Assembly: GCF_988243305.1 (NCBI RefSeq)
Contig: NZ_OZ547136.1
Length of the DNA: 64,000 nt
Reading direction: 5' to 3' (one strand)
Part shown: positions 33,169-42,225 of the stretch, piece after piece
How positions within the stretch are numbered: the first letter of the stretch is position 1
Layout: each line of letters begins with the position of its first letter
Made by a program: the position numbers and the translations under genes
Notes under the pieces: generated by a model
What the model saw: only the letters and a program-made list of their open reading frames with translations
Told to the model about the DNA's origin: nothing
Database searches by the model: none

Positions 33169-34227
33169 GTGCGGGTATTACTTCGATCTGTTCTGGTACC
33201 GGAACTCGGTCTGGTTATCGTTAAGCCAGGCCGTGAATCAATGTCAGCATTCCATAACGGCAGAATACTGGTGGAGCCGGAACCAAAAAGCATGCGTAAT
33301 CTGCCGTCCGGGGTCGTTCCTGCCGCTCGCCAGCCGCTGGTGGAAGACAAAACATTGCTGCCGTTTTTCAGTAACGCACGGGTGATTCGTGCTGCTGGTG
33401 GTGCTGGTGCATTGTCTGACTGGCTGTTGCGCCATATTAAATCCTGCCAGTGGCCACACGGCGATTATCATCACAGCGAAACCGTCATTCACCGTTATGG
33501 TACCGGCGCAATGGTGTTGTGCTGGCACTGCGACAACCAGCTGCGTGACCAGACATCCGAATCACTCGGGCAACTTGCTCATCAAAACCTGTCAGCATGG
33601 ATGATTGACGTCATCGGTCACGCAATAAGCGGTACGCAGGAGCGTGAATTATCTCTGGCTGAATTATCCTGGTGGGCGGTCCGCAATCAGGTGGCGGACG
33701 CGCTACCGGAAGCGGTATTACGTCGTTCGCTGGGGTTGCGTGCGGAAAAAATTCGCTCTGTGTACAGTGAAAGCGACATCATACCGGGAGAGCAGACCGC
33801 CACCAGCATACTGAAGCAGCGCACAAAAAATATTGCGTTACTGCCTCACGTCCACCAGCAACAGAACCCACCACAGGAAAAGACGGTGGTCAGCATTGCC
33901 GTTGATCCGGAGTCACCGGCTCAGTATCTCCAGCGCCAGAAATCACAACGGGAAGAGATGCCTGTATACACGCGCTGGGTAAAAACGCAGAAATGCATGA
34001 CGTGTGGCAATCAGGCAGATGATCCGCATCACATCATTGGTCATGGACTGGGAGGGATGGGAACAAAGGCTGATGATTTGTTTGTTATTCCGTTATGCCG
34101 TAAATGCCGTAACGAACTACATGCCGGAGTAAAAGATTTTGAAGAGAAACACGGCAGTCAGCTGTTGTTGCTGATTCGTTTTTTAATGCACGCGAGAAAT
34201 TCGGGTGTTCTGAAGTGGAAAGCATAA
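33169..34227 (+). CDS. DUF968/YdfU-like protein with C-terminal HNH-like Cys/His motif
   Basis: 352-aa ORF; C-terminus CMTCGNQADDPHHIIGH...CRKCRNELH. Confidence 0.6.
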   Translation: MRVLLRSVLVPELGLVIVKPGRESMSAFHNGRILVEPEPKSMRNLPSGVVPAARQPLVEDKTLLPFFSNARVIRAAGGAGALSDWLLRHIKSCQWPHGDYHHSETVIHRYGTGAMVLCWHCDNQLRDQTSESLGQLAHQNLSAWMIDVIGHAISGTQERELSLAELSWWAVRNQVADALPEAVLRRSLGLRAEKIRSVYSESDIIPGEQTATSILKQRTKNIALLPHVHQQQNPPQEKTVVSIAVDPESPAQYLQRQKSQREEMPVYTRWVKTQKCMTCGNQADDPHHIIGHGLGGMGTKADDLFVIPLCRKCRNELHAGVKDFEEKHGSQLLLLIRFLMHARNSGVLKWKA

Positions 34228-34608
34228 ATGAACGAGCGCATAGAATTTGTTTTACCTTACCCGCCGACGGTGAACACTTACTGGCGACGCCGTGGCAGCA
34301 CATATTTTATCTCGGAGGAGGGAAAGCGTTATCGCCGGGCTGTGGCGCTTATTGTTCGCCAGCAGCGGCTGAAATTAAGCCTGTCCGGAAGGCTGGCGAT
34401 AAAGGTGATTGCAGAGCCACCGGATAAGCGTCGTCGCGACCTGGACAATATCCTGAAAGCACCGCTGGATGCGCTGACGCATGCGGGAGTGTTAATGGAC
34501 GATGAGCAGTTTGATGAAATCAATATCGTTCGTGGTCAGCCAGTATCTGGTGGACGTATGGGGGTGAAGATTTACCCCATAATGCATGAAGAGCAGGTCA
34601 AAAAATGA
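34228..34608 (+). CDS. rusA: Holliday-junction resolvase RusA
   Basis: 126-aa ORF; LPYPPTVNTYWRRRG...DKRRRDLDNILKAPLDALTHAGVLMDDEQ matches RusA as recalled. Confidence 0.85.
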   Translation: MNERIEFVLPYPPTVNTYWRRRGSTYFISEEGKRYRRAVALIVRQQRLKLSLSGRLAIKVIAEPPDKRRRDLDNILKAPLDALTHAGVLMDDEQFDEINIVRGQPVSGGRMGVKIYPIMHEEQVKK

Positions 34609-35426
34609 AACTGGAAGATTTACCGAAATACTACTCCCCAAAATCCCCTGGCCTGACCGATGCATCGGCCTCAACGTCAAAAGATGCGCTGAGTATCACT
34701 GATGTGATGGCCGCGCAGGGCATGACACAGAATCGGGCTGAGATGGGGTTTTCTGCGTTCCTGGGGAAAATGGGCATCAGTATGAATGACAGGGCGCGGG
34801 CAACAGAATTACTGGCAGATTATGCACTCAGTCGGTGCGATCGTGTGGCGGCGTTGAGAAAACTTCCGGCAGAAATAAAACCGGTAGTGATGCGCATTAT
34901 GGCTTCGTATGCGTTTGAAGATTATGCCCGTAGCGCGGCGAGCAAAAAACAGTGCCCCTGCTGTCACGGAAAAAAATTTATTGAAAGCGAGGTTTTTACA
35001 AACAAGATCCAGTATCCGGATGGTAAGCCACCAGTGTGGGCAAAGTGCACAAAAGGCGTGTATCCGTCTTACTGGGAAGAATGGAAAAAAGTCAGGGAGG
35101 TGGTAAAAGTTGCCTGTCCGGAGTGTGGCGGAAAGGGTGAGGTTTCCACCGCCTGTAAGGATTGCCGTGGGCGTGGTGTCGCCATTCATCGTGAAGAGTC
35201 GGTAAAACGTGGTATGCCTGTTATCAGAGATTGCCAGCGTTGTGGTGGTCGTGGCTGTGAAAGGCTGCCATCAACGGAGGCATTTAATGCCATATGCAAA
35301 GTGACGAGTGCTATCACGCTTGATACGTGGAAAAAATCAGTGAAACGCTTTTACGATACGTTGGTGGTTCGGTTTGACATTGAAGAGGCATGGGCGGAGC
35401 GGCAGTTAAAGAGGGTAACGCGATAG
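34605..35426 (+). CDS. late-gene antiterminator Q
   Basis: 273-aa ORF with multiple CxxC zinc-finger pairs, followed immediately by a PR'-like promoter and terminator. Confidence 0.75.
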   Translation: MKLEDLPKYYSPKSPGLTDASASTSKDALSITDVMAAQGMTQNRAEMGFSAFLGKMGISMNDRARATELLADYALSRCDRVAALRKLPAEIKPVVMRIMASYAFEDYARSAASKKQCPCCHGKKFIESEVFTNKIQYPDGKPPVWAKCTKGVYPSYWEEWKKVREVVKVACPECGGKGEVSTACKDCRGRGVAIHREESVKRGMPVIRDCQRCGGRGCERLPSTEAFNAICKVTSAITLDTWKKSVKRFYDTLVVRFDIEEAWAERQLKRVTR

Positions 35427-35431
35427 TGTTG

Positions 35432-35459
35432 TTGATTTTTCCCGAATCTGTGGTAAATT
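35432..35459 (+). promoter_or_regulatory. late promoter PR' candidate
   Basis: -35 TTGATT (35432-37), 16-bp spacer, -10 TAAATT (35454-59), directly 3' of Q. Confidence 0.55.
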
Positions 35460-35505
35460 TGCTCTAACGATGGGCGTTTTATGCCTGACGTTAGAAGATT
35501 TTTTA

Positions 35506-35530
35506 CACCCCGCCACCTGGCGGGTTTTTT
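35506..35530 (+). terminator. tR'-like terminator
   Basis: CCCGCCA-CCT-GGCGGG hairpin followed by TTTTTT. Confidence 0.6.
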
Positions 35531-35652
35531 ATGACTGAAATCGCGTCAGTACAGTAAACGCGCTGGTGGCGGTGAATACCTGTCTTTCAGCTTGCTGGCT
35601 TTTTCGACAAGAGTTATTGGTGTGTCACGTTAACCGGAAAAGGGAAAAAGAC

Positions 35653-35850
35653 ATGCTAAAACAGCAGGATATGACAGAAACCGCCAGAGTGGTGTTTAAT
35701 GAATTAAGCGTTACCGAACCGGCGACAGTCGGGGAGATAGCGCAGAATACTTACCTTTCACGCGAACGCTGCCAGTTAATACTGACCCAGCTGGTTATGG
35801 CGGGTCTGGCAGACTATCAGTTCGGTTGTTACAGACGCCTTCCGCAGTGA
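35653..35850 (+). CDS. hypothetical small winged-helix-like protein
   Basis: 65 aa from ATG 35653 with AAAGGGAAAAAG RBS region; hairpin plus T-run follows at ~35836-35860. Confidence 0.45.
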   Translation: MLKQQDMTETARVVFNELSVTEPATVGEIAQNTYLSRERCQLILTQLVMAGLADYQFGCYRRLPQ

Positions 35851-35877
35851 AGGCTTTTTTATTTGTGGTAAATGGGC

Positions 35878-35908
35878 GGCTGGTGGGTGTTAGGGGCACC
35901 CACCAGCC
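35878..35908. other. perfect 12-bp inverted repeat
   Basis: GGCTGGTGGGTG-TTAGGGG-CACCCACCAGCC, preceded by GTGGTAAAT which repeats the PR' -10 context. Confidence 0.4.
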
Positions 35909-36000
35909 ATCTGCTCATGCGTTGGGTTCACAAGCAAACCTCAGGCCCACTGCTTTGCGCAAAAGCAGAATGAGCCTATCAGAGACAGGCTTAATGATCC

Positions 36001-37050
36001 ATGCTTAACACTGTAAAAATATCCAGTTGTGAGTTAATCAACGTCGACTGCCTGGAATTTATCCGGTCGTTACCCGAAAATTCTGTTGACTTGATAGTCA
36101 CGGACCCGCCGTACTTTAAAGTGAAGCCTGAGGGCTGGGATAACCAGTGGAAGGGCGACGATGATTACCTGAAGTGGCTGGACCAGTGTCTGGCGCAGTT
36201 CTGGCGGGTGCTGAAACCTGTCGGAAGTCTTTACCTGTTCTGTGGTCATCGCCTGGCATCTGATATCGAAATCATGATGCGTGAACGCTTCAGTGTGCTG
36301 AACCATATTATCTGGGCGAAGCCGTCCGGACGCTGGAACGGATGCAACAAGGAAAGCCTGCGGGCGTATTTCCCCGCCACAGAGCGCATTCTGTTCGCGG
36401 AACATTATCAGGGGCCGTATCGTCCGAAAGATGCCGGGTATGCGGCGAAGGGCAGTGCACTGAAACAGCATGTGATGGCCCCGCTGATTTCTTACTTTCG
36501 TGATGCGCGCGTGGCCCTGGGGATAACGGCAAAACAGATTGCAGATGCCACAGGAAAGAAAAACATGGTGTCGCACTGGTTCAGTGCCAGTCAGTGGCAG
36601 CTACCGAACGAAAGCGATTATCTGAAATTACAGTCGCTGTTTGCCCGGGTGGCAGAAGAGAAACATCAGCGCGGTGAACTGGAAAAGCCCCACCACCAGC
36701 TGGTGGATACGTATACGTCACTGAACCGGCAGTATGTGGAGCTGCAGAGTGAATATAAGCATCTGCGGCGGTATTTTGGTGTGACGGCGCAGGTGCCGTA
36801 CACGGATGTGTGGACACATAAACCGGTGCAGTTCTATCCCGGGAAACATCCGTGCGAAAAACCGGCAGAAATGCTGCAGCAGATAATCAGCGCAAGCAGT
36901 CGTCCGGGTGACCTGGTTGCAGATTTTTTTATGGGCTCAGGTTCAACGGTAAAAGCTGCACTGGCGCTCGGGCGTCGTGCGATTGGCGTTGAACTGGAGA
37001 CCGGACGTTTTGAGCAGACAGTCAGGGAAGTTCAGGATTTAATCGTTTGA
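36001..37050 (+). CDS. DNA N6-adenine (or N4-cytosine) methyltransferase, beta class
   Basis: 349-aa ORF; DPPY motif (IVTDPPYF) N-terminal, SAM-binding FFMGSGST C-terminal. Confidence 0.85.
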   Translation: MLNTVKISSCELINVDCLEFIRSLPENSVDLIVTDPPYFKVKPEGWDNQWKGDDDYLKWLDQCLAQFWRVLKPVGSLYLFCGHRLASDIEIMMRERFSVLNHIIWAKPSGRWNGCNKESLRAYFPATERILFAEHYQGPYRPKDAGYAAKGSALKQHVMAPLISYFRDARVALGITAKQIADATGKKNMVSHWFSASQWQLPNESDYLKLQSLFARVAEEKHQRGELEKPHHQLVDTYTSLNRQYVELQSEYKHLRRYFGVTAQVPYTDVWTHKPVQFYPGKHPCEKPAEMLQQIISASSRPGDLVADFFMGSGSTVKAALALGRRAIGVELETGRFEQTVREVQDLIV

Positions 37051-37099
37051 AACGGATGAGATTGCAGAATTAATTACGCACCATTATTATTCTGCTTCC

Positions 37100-37175
37100 G
37101 GCCCTTTAGCTCAGTGGTGAGAGCGAGCGACTCATAATCGCCAGGTCGCTGGTTCAAATCCAGCAAGGGCCATCA
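37100..37175 (+). tRNA. tRNA with CAU anticodon (Ile2/Met type, ileZ-like)
   Basis: cloverleaf: acceptor GGCCCTT/AAGGGCC, D-arm GCTCAGTGGTGAGAGC, anticodon loop CTCATAA, T-arm GGTTCAAATCC. Confidence 0.8.
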
Positions 37176-37275
37176 TCACAAACCGCCATTAGCTTATCAG
37201 GAAGAGCAGACGACACGATAACAGGGTTGTTGGTGCGGGGGCGGGTCCCCGATGGCGGTCCATTATCGGTATTCA

Positions 37276-37352
37276 GCGTTGTTAGCTCAGCCGGACAGAG
37301 CAATTGCCTTCTAAGCAATCGGTCACTGGTTCGAATCCAGTACAGCGCGCCA
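37276..37352 (+). tRNA. tRNA-Arg (UCU anticodon)
   Basis: acceptor GCGTTGT/ACAGCGC, anticodon stem ATTGC/GCAAT with loop CTTCTAA, T-arm GGTTCGAATCC, 3' CCA encoded. Confidence 0.85.
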
Positions 37353-37489
37353 TATTCATTCTTCCAGATTCCTTTCGGCAGAGCCTTATACTGAAATATA
37401 CCTGGCTCAGGATATTGTTGAAAATATTATATGTTTGTCAAAAATAAAAGTTCTGTTAAGTGTTGATTGAGTGTTTGTTATACGGTCTA

Positions 37490-37816
37490 ATGGTTTTTTC
37501 AGCATTAAATATTTATCATTCATATGGTGTGGGTAGAGTGAATATTGATGAGGCGTCGGGGTGTTTCATCCTTAGGCAGCGTATTGATATAGTCAATGCA
37601 GAACGAGCAAAGGCCTTCAGCCGTTTGACAGTTTTGTTCTGTACTCCTGATCGTCTTTCGGGAAGAGACGTTATTATTCTGAATAGTGATGCTATACAGA
37701 GGGTTTGCGATGAGTTCATGGTGGCTAATTCAGAATTATTTGCTCTTGTTCAGGAGTACAACAGAATAGCCAGGACCTGTGGTATGGATGAACTTCGGAT
37801 TACTCATCTGGGGTAG
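37490..37816 (+). CDS. hypothetical protein in AT-rich cargo locus
   Basis: 108 aa from ATG 37490; no clear Shine-Dalgarno. Confidence 0.3.
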   Translation: MVFSALNIYHSYGVGRVNIDEASGCFILRQRIDIVNAERAKAFSRLTVLFCTPDRLSGRDVIILNSDAIQRVCDEFMVANSELFALVQEYNRIARTCGMDELRITHLG

Positions 37817-38263
37817 ATACATATCTGGATTATCACCGGTTACGGTAAAAAGTGATTGCTTACTGTTTTTGTGAATGGCATTGCAGCAGCCGGATAATGT
37901 CAGTGCTGGCTGACGGTGTGCTGGTGGCGGGTGTGGTGGTTGCTGCTTTCCCGTTGCTGAAAAAGAAAACGCCAGACTGTTAGCCGGGTATCAGTTAGCG
38001 GGAGAAATTTTTAAATACTTCACAATTCAGGCGGTTGACTGTTGTCTGGTTTGCGGGGAGTTTGTTAAAAGAAACTGGCATGGTGAATCCCCCTGTGCGG
38101 AGGGGCAATCAGCGAGTAGGTATATGGGATAATCGCGGATTCAGGTGCTGGTACTGAATTCACCGGGAGGCACCCGGCACCATGCAATGGCACATAGCGC
38201 CACTCTCCAGCCCCTCTCCGGAGGGGCTGTTTATATTGATTTTGTCAGATGTGAGTAAACTCC

Positions 38264-38599
38264 TTATGGACTTTGTTGTTTTAGCCCATAAGGACATATT
38301 TGCAGAGTGCAACGGTTATTAAAGCATTCATTCAATACGTTATCTGTATTTGTAGGGCATTCCTGGCTGTTTTTGATTAAATTCCAGAATGTTTTATTGA
38401 ATGGTACTACGTTGTAAATGGTTACAGGCAGCACTTTGTTATTGAGCATGATGCCTGTGTGAGTCAGTGTAAATATACTTTCAGGAGGTAAGAAAGCATC
38501 CGATTGATACCAGATTATTAATTTTATTTTACTCCATATGACTGAAAAAGATATTCCGCATGATGGCTGGATAACTGTATCAATCACAATCCACTTCAT
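38264..38599 (-). CDS. hypothetical 111-aa protein, reverse-oriented cargo gene
   Basis: ATG at 38599 with AAGGAAA RBS at good spacing; hydrophobic N-terminal region, Cys-rich C-terminus. Confidence 0.45.
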   Translation of the reverse strand: MKWIVIDTVIQPSCGISFSVIWSKIKLIIWYQSDAFLPPESIFTLTHTGIMLNNKVLPVTIYNVVPFNKTFWNLIKNSQECPTNTDNVLNECFNNRCTLQICPYGLKQQSP

Positions 38600-38844
38600 T
38601 TAGTTTCCTTGTTTATGCCTTGCTGGTGATGTTCTGAAAAGTATAAATGATATTTTTGATTGTAAACCATAGAGCAGAATTATTTTTCTGATGTTGTTTA
38701 TTGTTTATTTAAATGCAGGGTGGTTTATATCTCGTCTTGTAGTTTATCCATGCATATCTGCTTGATGATGAGGTTTTTAATTAAGGTATGGTTTTGTGTT
38801 TTTTCTGTATTACATGTCAGGTATTTTAAAGAATCATTTTTCAG

Positions 38845-40713
38845 ATGGTGGAAAGAACCATGGCATTTAAACACTATGATGTTGTCAGGGCGGCGTCGCC
38901 GTCAGATCTTGCGGAAAAGCTGACACATAAACTGAAAGAGGGCTGGCAGCCGTTTGGTAGTCCGGTGGCCATAACCCCTTATACCCTGATGCAGGCGATT
39001 GCAGCAGAAGGTGATGTGGTCGTCAGTGGTGCAACTGAGCCGGAGTGGTACTACGTCATCGTACTGGCCGGGCAATCCAATGCCATGGCTTACGGTGAAG
39101 GGCTTCCGCTTCCGGATTCATACGATGCGCCCCATCCGCGCATTAAGCAACTGGCCCGTCGTAACACAGTGACTCCCGGTGGTGAAGTATGCGTATTTAA
39201 CGACATCATTCCTGCTGACCATTGTCTGCATGATGTTCAGGATATGAGTACGATTAACCATCCCCGGGCTGACCTGAGCAAAGGGCAGTACGGCTGTGTC
39301 GGACAGGGCTTACATATTGCCAAAAAACTGCTTCCGTATATCCCTAATAATGCGGGGATCCTGCTGGTACCATGCTGTCGTGGTGGTTCGGCATTCACCC
39401 AGGGCACGGAGGGGACATTCAGCGAGTCCACGGGGGCCAGTCAGGATTCGGCTCGCTGGGGAGTGGGTAAGCCGTTATATCAGGATCTGCTTTTCCGCAC
39501 GAAGGCAGCATTGCAGAAAAACCCGAAAAACGTTTTGCTGGCGATATGCTGGATGCAGGGGGAATTCGATATGACGAATGCCAGTTACGCCCAGCAGCCA
39601 GCAGCATTTCTTGCAATGGTACAGCAGTTCCGTGCTGATCTTGCCGGGCTGGCGGCGCAGTGTCACGGTGGAAGTCCGGCATCAGTCCCCTGGATTTGTG
39701 GCGACACGACATACGCGTGGAAACAAGAACACGGTACGCAATATGAAGTGGTATATGGTGCATATAAAGGTAAAGAATCCCAGCAGATTTATTTTGTTCC
39801 CTTTATGACCGATGGTAGCGGAGTTAATACACCGACAAACAACCCGTCAGAAGATCCTGATATTGCCGGGTCTGGTTATTACGGTTCGGCATCCCGAACG
39901 AACAAAAACTGGGTATCATCAAATCGCCCGACGCATTTCAGCTCATGGGCGCGTCGTGGCATTATTCCCGATCGTATGGCAACTGCTATTCTGAACGTAG
40001 CCGGTCGCACCTTAGCCTTCATTAGTGGTAAGGCACCGGAAATCAAACCCTCGCCCGGCGGCGACACGCCATCGGGGCCGTCTGAAGATGCATCCGTACG
40101 CACAATCTCCCTGTTGCCGACAGCCGGAGATGCTGCTGCGCAGGGCTGGAGCATTAAGAATGGCGGAATTCAGTTGTCAGATGGTGTATTTAAGATCACC
40201 AAGCAGAGCAATAAAGCCTGGTCCCTGACGCGCCCGGTGGATGACGCAGTCTCCCTGCTGACACGGGGTGGCAGACTGAGCTGTAAGTTTCGACTGTCAG
40301 GCGCACTGACCAACAACCAGTTCGGTCTGGGAATTTATCTGTATACCGATGTAGCGTTACCTGACGTCGTGGCGATGACCGGGACTGGTAACCCGTTCCT
40401 GATGTCGTTCTTCACCCAGACCACAGACGGCAAACTGAATCTGATGCATCACAAGAAAGCCGGAAACACAAAGTTGGGCGAGTTCGGGAATTACAGTAAC
40501 GACTGGCAGACGCTGGAGCTGGTGTTCACCGCCGGCAGTGCCACGGTTACTCCGAAACTGAATGGAGTGGCTGGCCCGGCATTCCAGGTCATAAAAGACA
40601 GTCTGACACTGGGGCTGAATGCGCTGACGCTGACGGATATTACCAAAAATGCAGCGTATGGCGTTGAGATAGAAAGTCTGGTGCTGGAGATAAATGCACC
40701 GGCATCATCATAA
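38845..40713 (+). CDS. NanS-p-like sialate O-acetylesterase (DUF1737 plus SGNH/SASA domain)
   Basis: N-terminal MAFKHYDVVRAASPSDLAEKL... and GQSNAMAYG esterase motif; start may be ATG 38860. Confidence 0.8.
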   Translation: MVERTMAFKHYDVVRAASPSDLAEKLTHKLKEGWQPFGSPVAITPYTLMQAIAAEGDVVVSGATEPEWYYVIVLAGQSNAMAYGEGLPLPDSYDAPHPRIKQLARRNTVTPGGEVCVFNDIIPADHCLHDVQDMSTINHPRADLSKGQYGCVGQGLHIAKKLLPYIPNNAGILLVPCCRGGSAFTQGTEGTFSESTGASQDSARWGVGKPLYQDLLFRTKAALQKNPKNVLLAICWMQGEFDMTNASYAQQPAAFLAMVQQFRADLAGLAAQCHGGSPASVPWICGDTTYAWKQEHGTQYEVVYGAYKGKESQQIYFVPFMTDGSGVNTPTNNPSEDPDIAGSGYYGSASRTNKNWVSSNRPTHFSSWARRGIIPDRMATAILNVAGRTLAFISGKAPEIKPSPGGDTPSGPSEDASVRTISLLPTAGDAAAQGWSIKNGGIQLSDGVFKITKQSNKAWSLTRPVDDAVSLLTRGGRLSCKFRLSGALTNNQFGLGIYLYTDVALPDVVAMTGTGNPFLMSFFTQTTDGKLNLMHHKKAGNTKLGEFGNYSNDWQTLELVFTAGSATVTPKLNGVAGPAFQVIKDSLTLGLNALTLTDITKNAAYGVEIESLVLEINAPASS

Positions 40714-40788
40714 AAAGTGAGCCAGTCAAATGGAAGGTATCGTTAAACTCACCGGTAGTGTCAGTGGGTCGTCTGAGATGCCTGCATG

Positions 40789-40818
40789 AGTTATCAGAGC
40801 CATCAGTACTTAACTGGT
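40789..40818 (+). terminator. rho-independent terminator between nanS-like gene and lysis genes
   Basis: GCCATCAG-TACTTAA-CTGGTGGC hairpin (one G-U pair) followed by T7. Confidence 0.55.
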
Positions 40819-40863
40819 GGCTTTTTTTATTGTTGTCAGCTTCCGGATAACGGGAGACGGGGT

Positions 40864-41079
40864 ATGTACCAGATGGAAAAAATCACAACAGGTGTGTCAT
40901 ACACCACGTCAGCGGTGGGAACGGGCTACTGGTTCCTGCAGTTGCTGGACAGGGTTTCCCCGTCTCAGTGGGCGGCAATAGGCGTGCTGGGGAGTCTGCT
41001 GTTTGGGCTGCTGACATATCTGACTAACCTGTATTTCAAAATCAGAGAGGACCGTCGTAAGGCGGCACGGGGAGAGTAA
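40864..41079 (+). CDS. S21-type pinholin with dual start
   Basis: 71 aa [71 protein letters not shown]; two TM segments; Met1/Met4 dual start. Confidence 0.85.
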   Translation: MYQMEKITTGVSYTTSAVGTGYWFLQLLDRVSPSQWAAIGVLGSLLFGLLTYLTNLYFKIREDRRKAARGE

Positions 41080-41083
41080 TTCA

Positions 41084-41434
41084 ATGACTCAAAACTATGA
41101 ACTGATTGTGAAAGGGATCCGCAATTTTGAGAATAAAGTTACGGTAACTTTAGCGTTACGGGACAAAAAACGCTTTGACGGTGAAATTTTTGACCTGGAC
41201 ATCTCGCTGGACCGTGTTGAAGGTGCCACGCTGGAGTTTTATGAGGCAGCAGCCAGAAGGAGCATCAGACAGGTCTTCCTGGATGTTGCTGCCGGGTTAT
41301 GTGAAGGGGATGAGCAGTCGCCGGAAAAGCGCCCCGTAATTTTAGAGGCGCAGAATGTATGGATAACCTACAAAGGAAAGCTACCGGGAATAATTACTGG
41401 TTCTCTGAAGACTCCTCCGGAATCACAACCTTAA
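41084..41434 (+). CDS. hypothetical 116-aa protein inside the lysis cassette
   Basis: ORF with GGAGAG RBS between pinholin and endolysin; no TM segment seen. Confidence 0.5.
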   Translation: MTQNYELIVKGIRNFENKVTVTLALRDKKRFDGEIFDLDISLDRVEGATLEFYEAAARRSIRQVFLDVAAGLCEGDEQSPEKRPVILEAQNVWITYKGKLPGIITGSLKTPPESQP

Positions 41435-41497
41435 GTCACTGACCGGAACAGATAAACCTGTCCGTGGGCAGAAACCGATAAATCCTGATAAATATCC

Positions 41498-42031
41498 ATG
41501 AACACCAAAATCAAATACGGCCTGTCGGCTGCCGTTCTGGCGCTGATTGCCGCTGGTGCGCCTGCGCCTGACATTCTCGACCAGTTTCTGGATGAAAAGG
41601 AAGGTAACCACACCACGGCATACCGTGATGGCGCGGGTATCTGGACCATCTGCCGCGGTGCCATCCTGGTGGATGGCAAACCTGTCGTTCCGGGCATGAA
41701 GTTGTCGAAGGAAAAATGCGACCGGGTTAACGCCATTGAGCGTGATAAGGCGCTGGCATGGGTGGAGAAAAACATCAGAGTGCCATTGAGTGAACCCCAG
41801 AAAGCGGGGATCGCGTCATTCTGTCCGTACAACATTGGCCCCGGTAAGTGTTTTCCGTCGACGTTTTATAAACGAATTAATGCAGGTGATCGCAGGGGAG
41901 CGTGTGAGGCGATTCGCTGGTGGATTAAGGACGGTGGCAGAGACTGCCGTATTCGCTCAAATAACTGTTACGGTCAGGTATCCCGTCGTGACCAGGAGAG
42001 CGCGCTGGCGTGCTGGGGAATCGACAGATAA
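41498..42031 (+). CDS. SAR endolysin (phage lysozyme)
   Basis: 177-aa ORF; N-terminal Gly/Ala-rich signal-anchor segment LSAAVLALIAAGAPAP, then catalytic E...D...T region. Confidence 0.88.
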   Translation: MNTKIKYGLSAAVLALIAAGAPAPDILDQFLDEKEGNHTTAYRDGAGIWTICRGAILVDGKPVVPGMKLSKEKCDRVNAIERDKALAWVEKNIRVPLSEPQKAGIASFCPYNIGPGKCFPSTFYKRINAGDRRGACEAIRWWIKDGGRDCRIRSNNCYGQVSRRDQESALACWGIDR

Positions 42032-42124
42032 GCAGAATATTTTGCTAATAAATGACGTTGGCCAAGGCGGACGGGTAACACGAAATCCTGCGAACTGGCA
42101 AAATGTAAGTGAATAAAAGTAAAA

Positions 42125-42160
42125 ACCCCGTTTGTTGGCAGCAAGCGGGGTTTTGTTTTT
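42125..42160 (+). terminator. hairpin plus T-run terminator after the endolysin gene
   Basis: CCCCG-(loop)-CGGGG followed by TTTTGTTTTT. Confidence 0.5.
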
Positions 42161-42225
42161 ATGGCAGTAAGCTATGGGAGGCTGCCTTGATTGATTTTAG
42201 CAAACTGATTAGGGAGTTGCGACTC

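Noticed and set aside
37176-37275. Possible third tRNA between the two tRNAs, by analogy with the three-tRNA cluster recalled for Stx phages
   Set aside because: No cloverleaf can be folded; at most a degenerate remnant.
37353-38844. Looked for Shiga toxin genes (stxA/stxB) between the tRNAs and the nanS-like gene
   Set aside because: No ORF of stxA (~315 aa) or stxB (~89 aa with signal peptide) size and character is present; only weak unrelated ORFs are seen.
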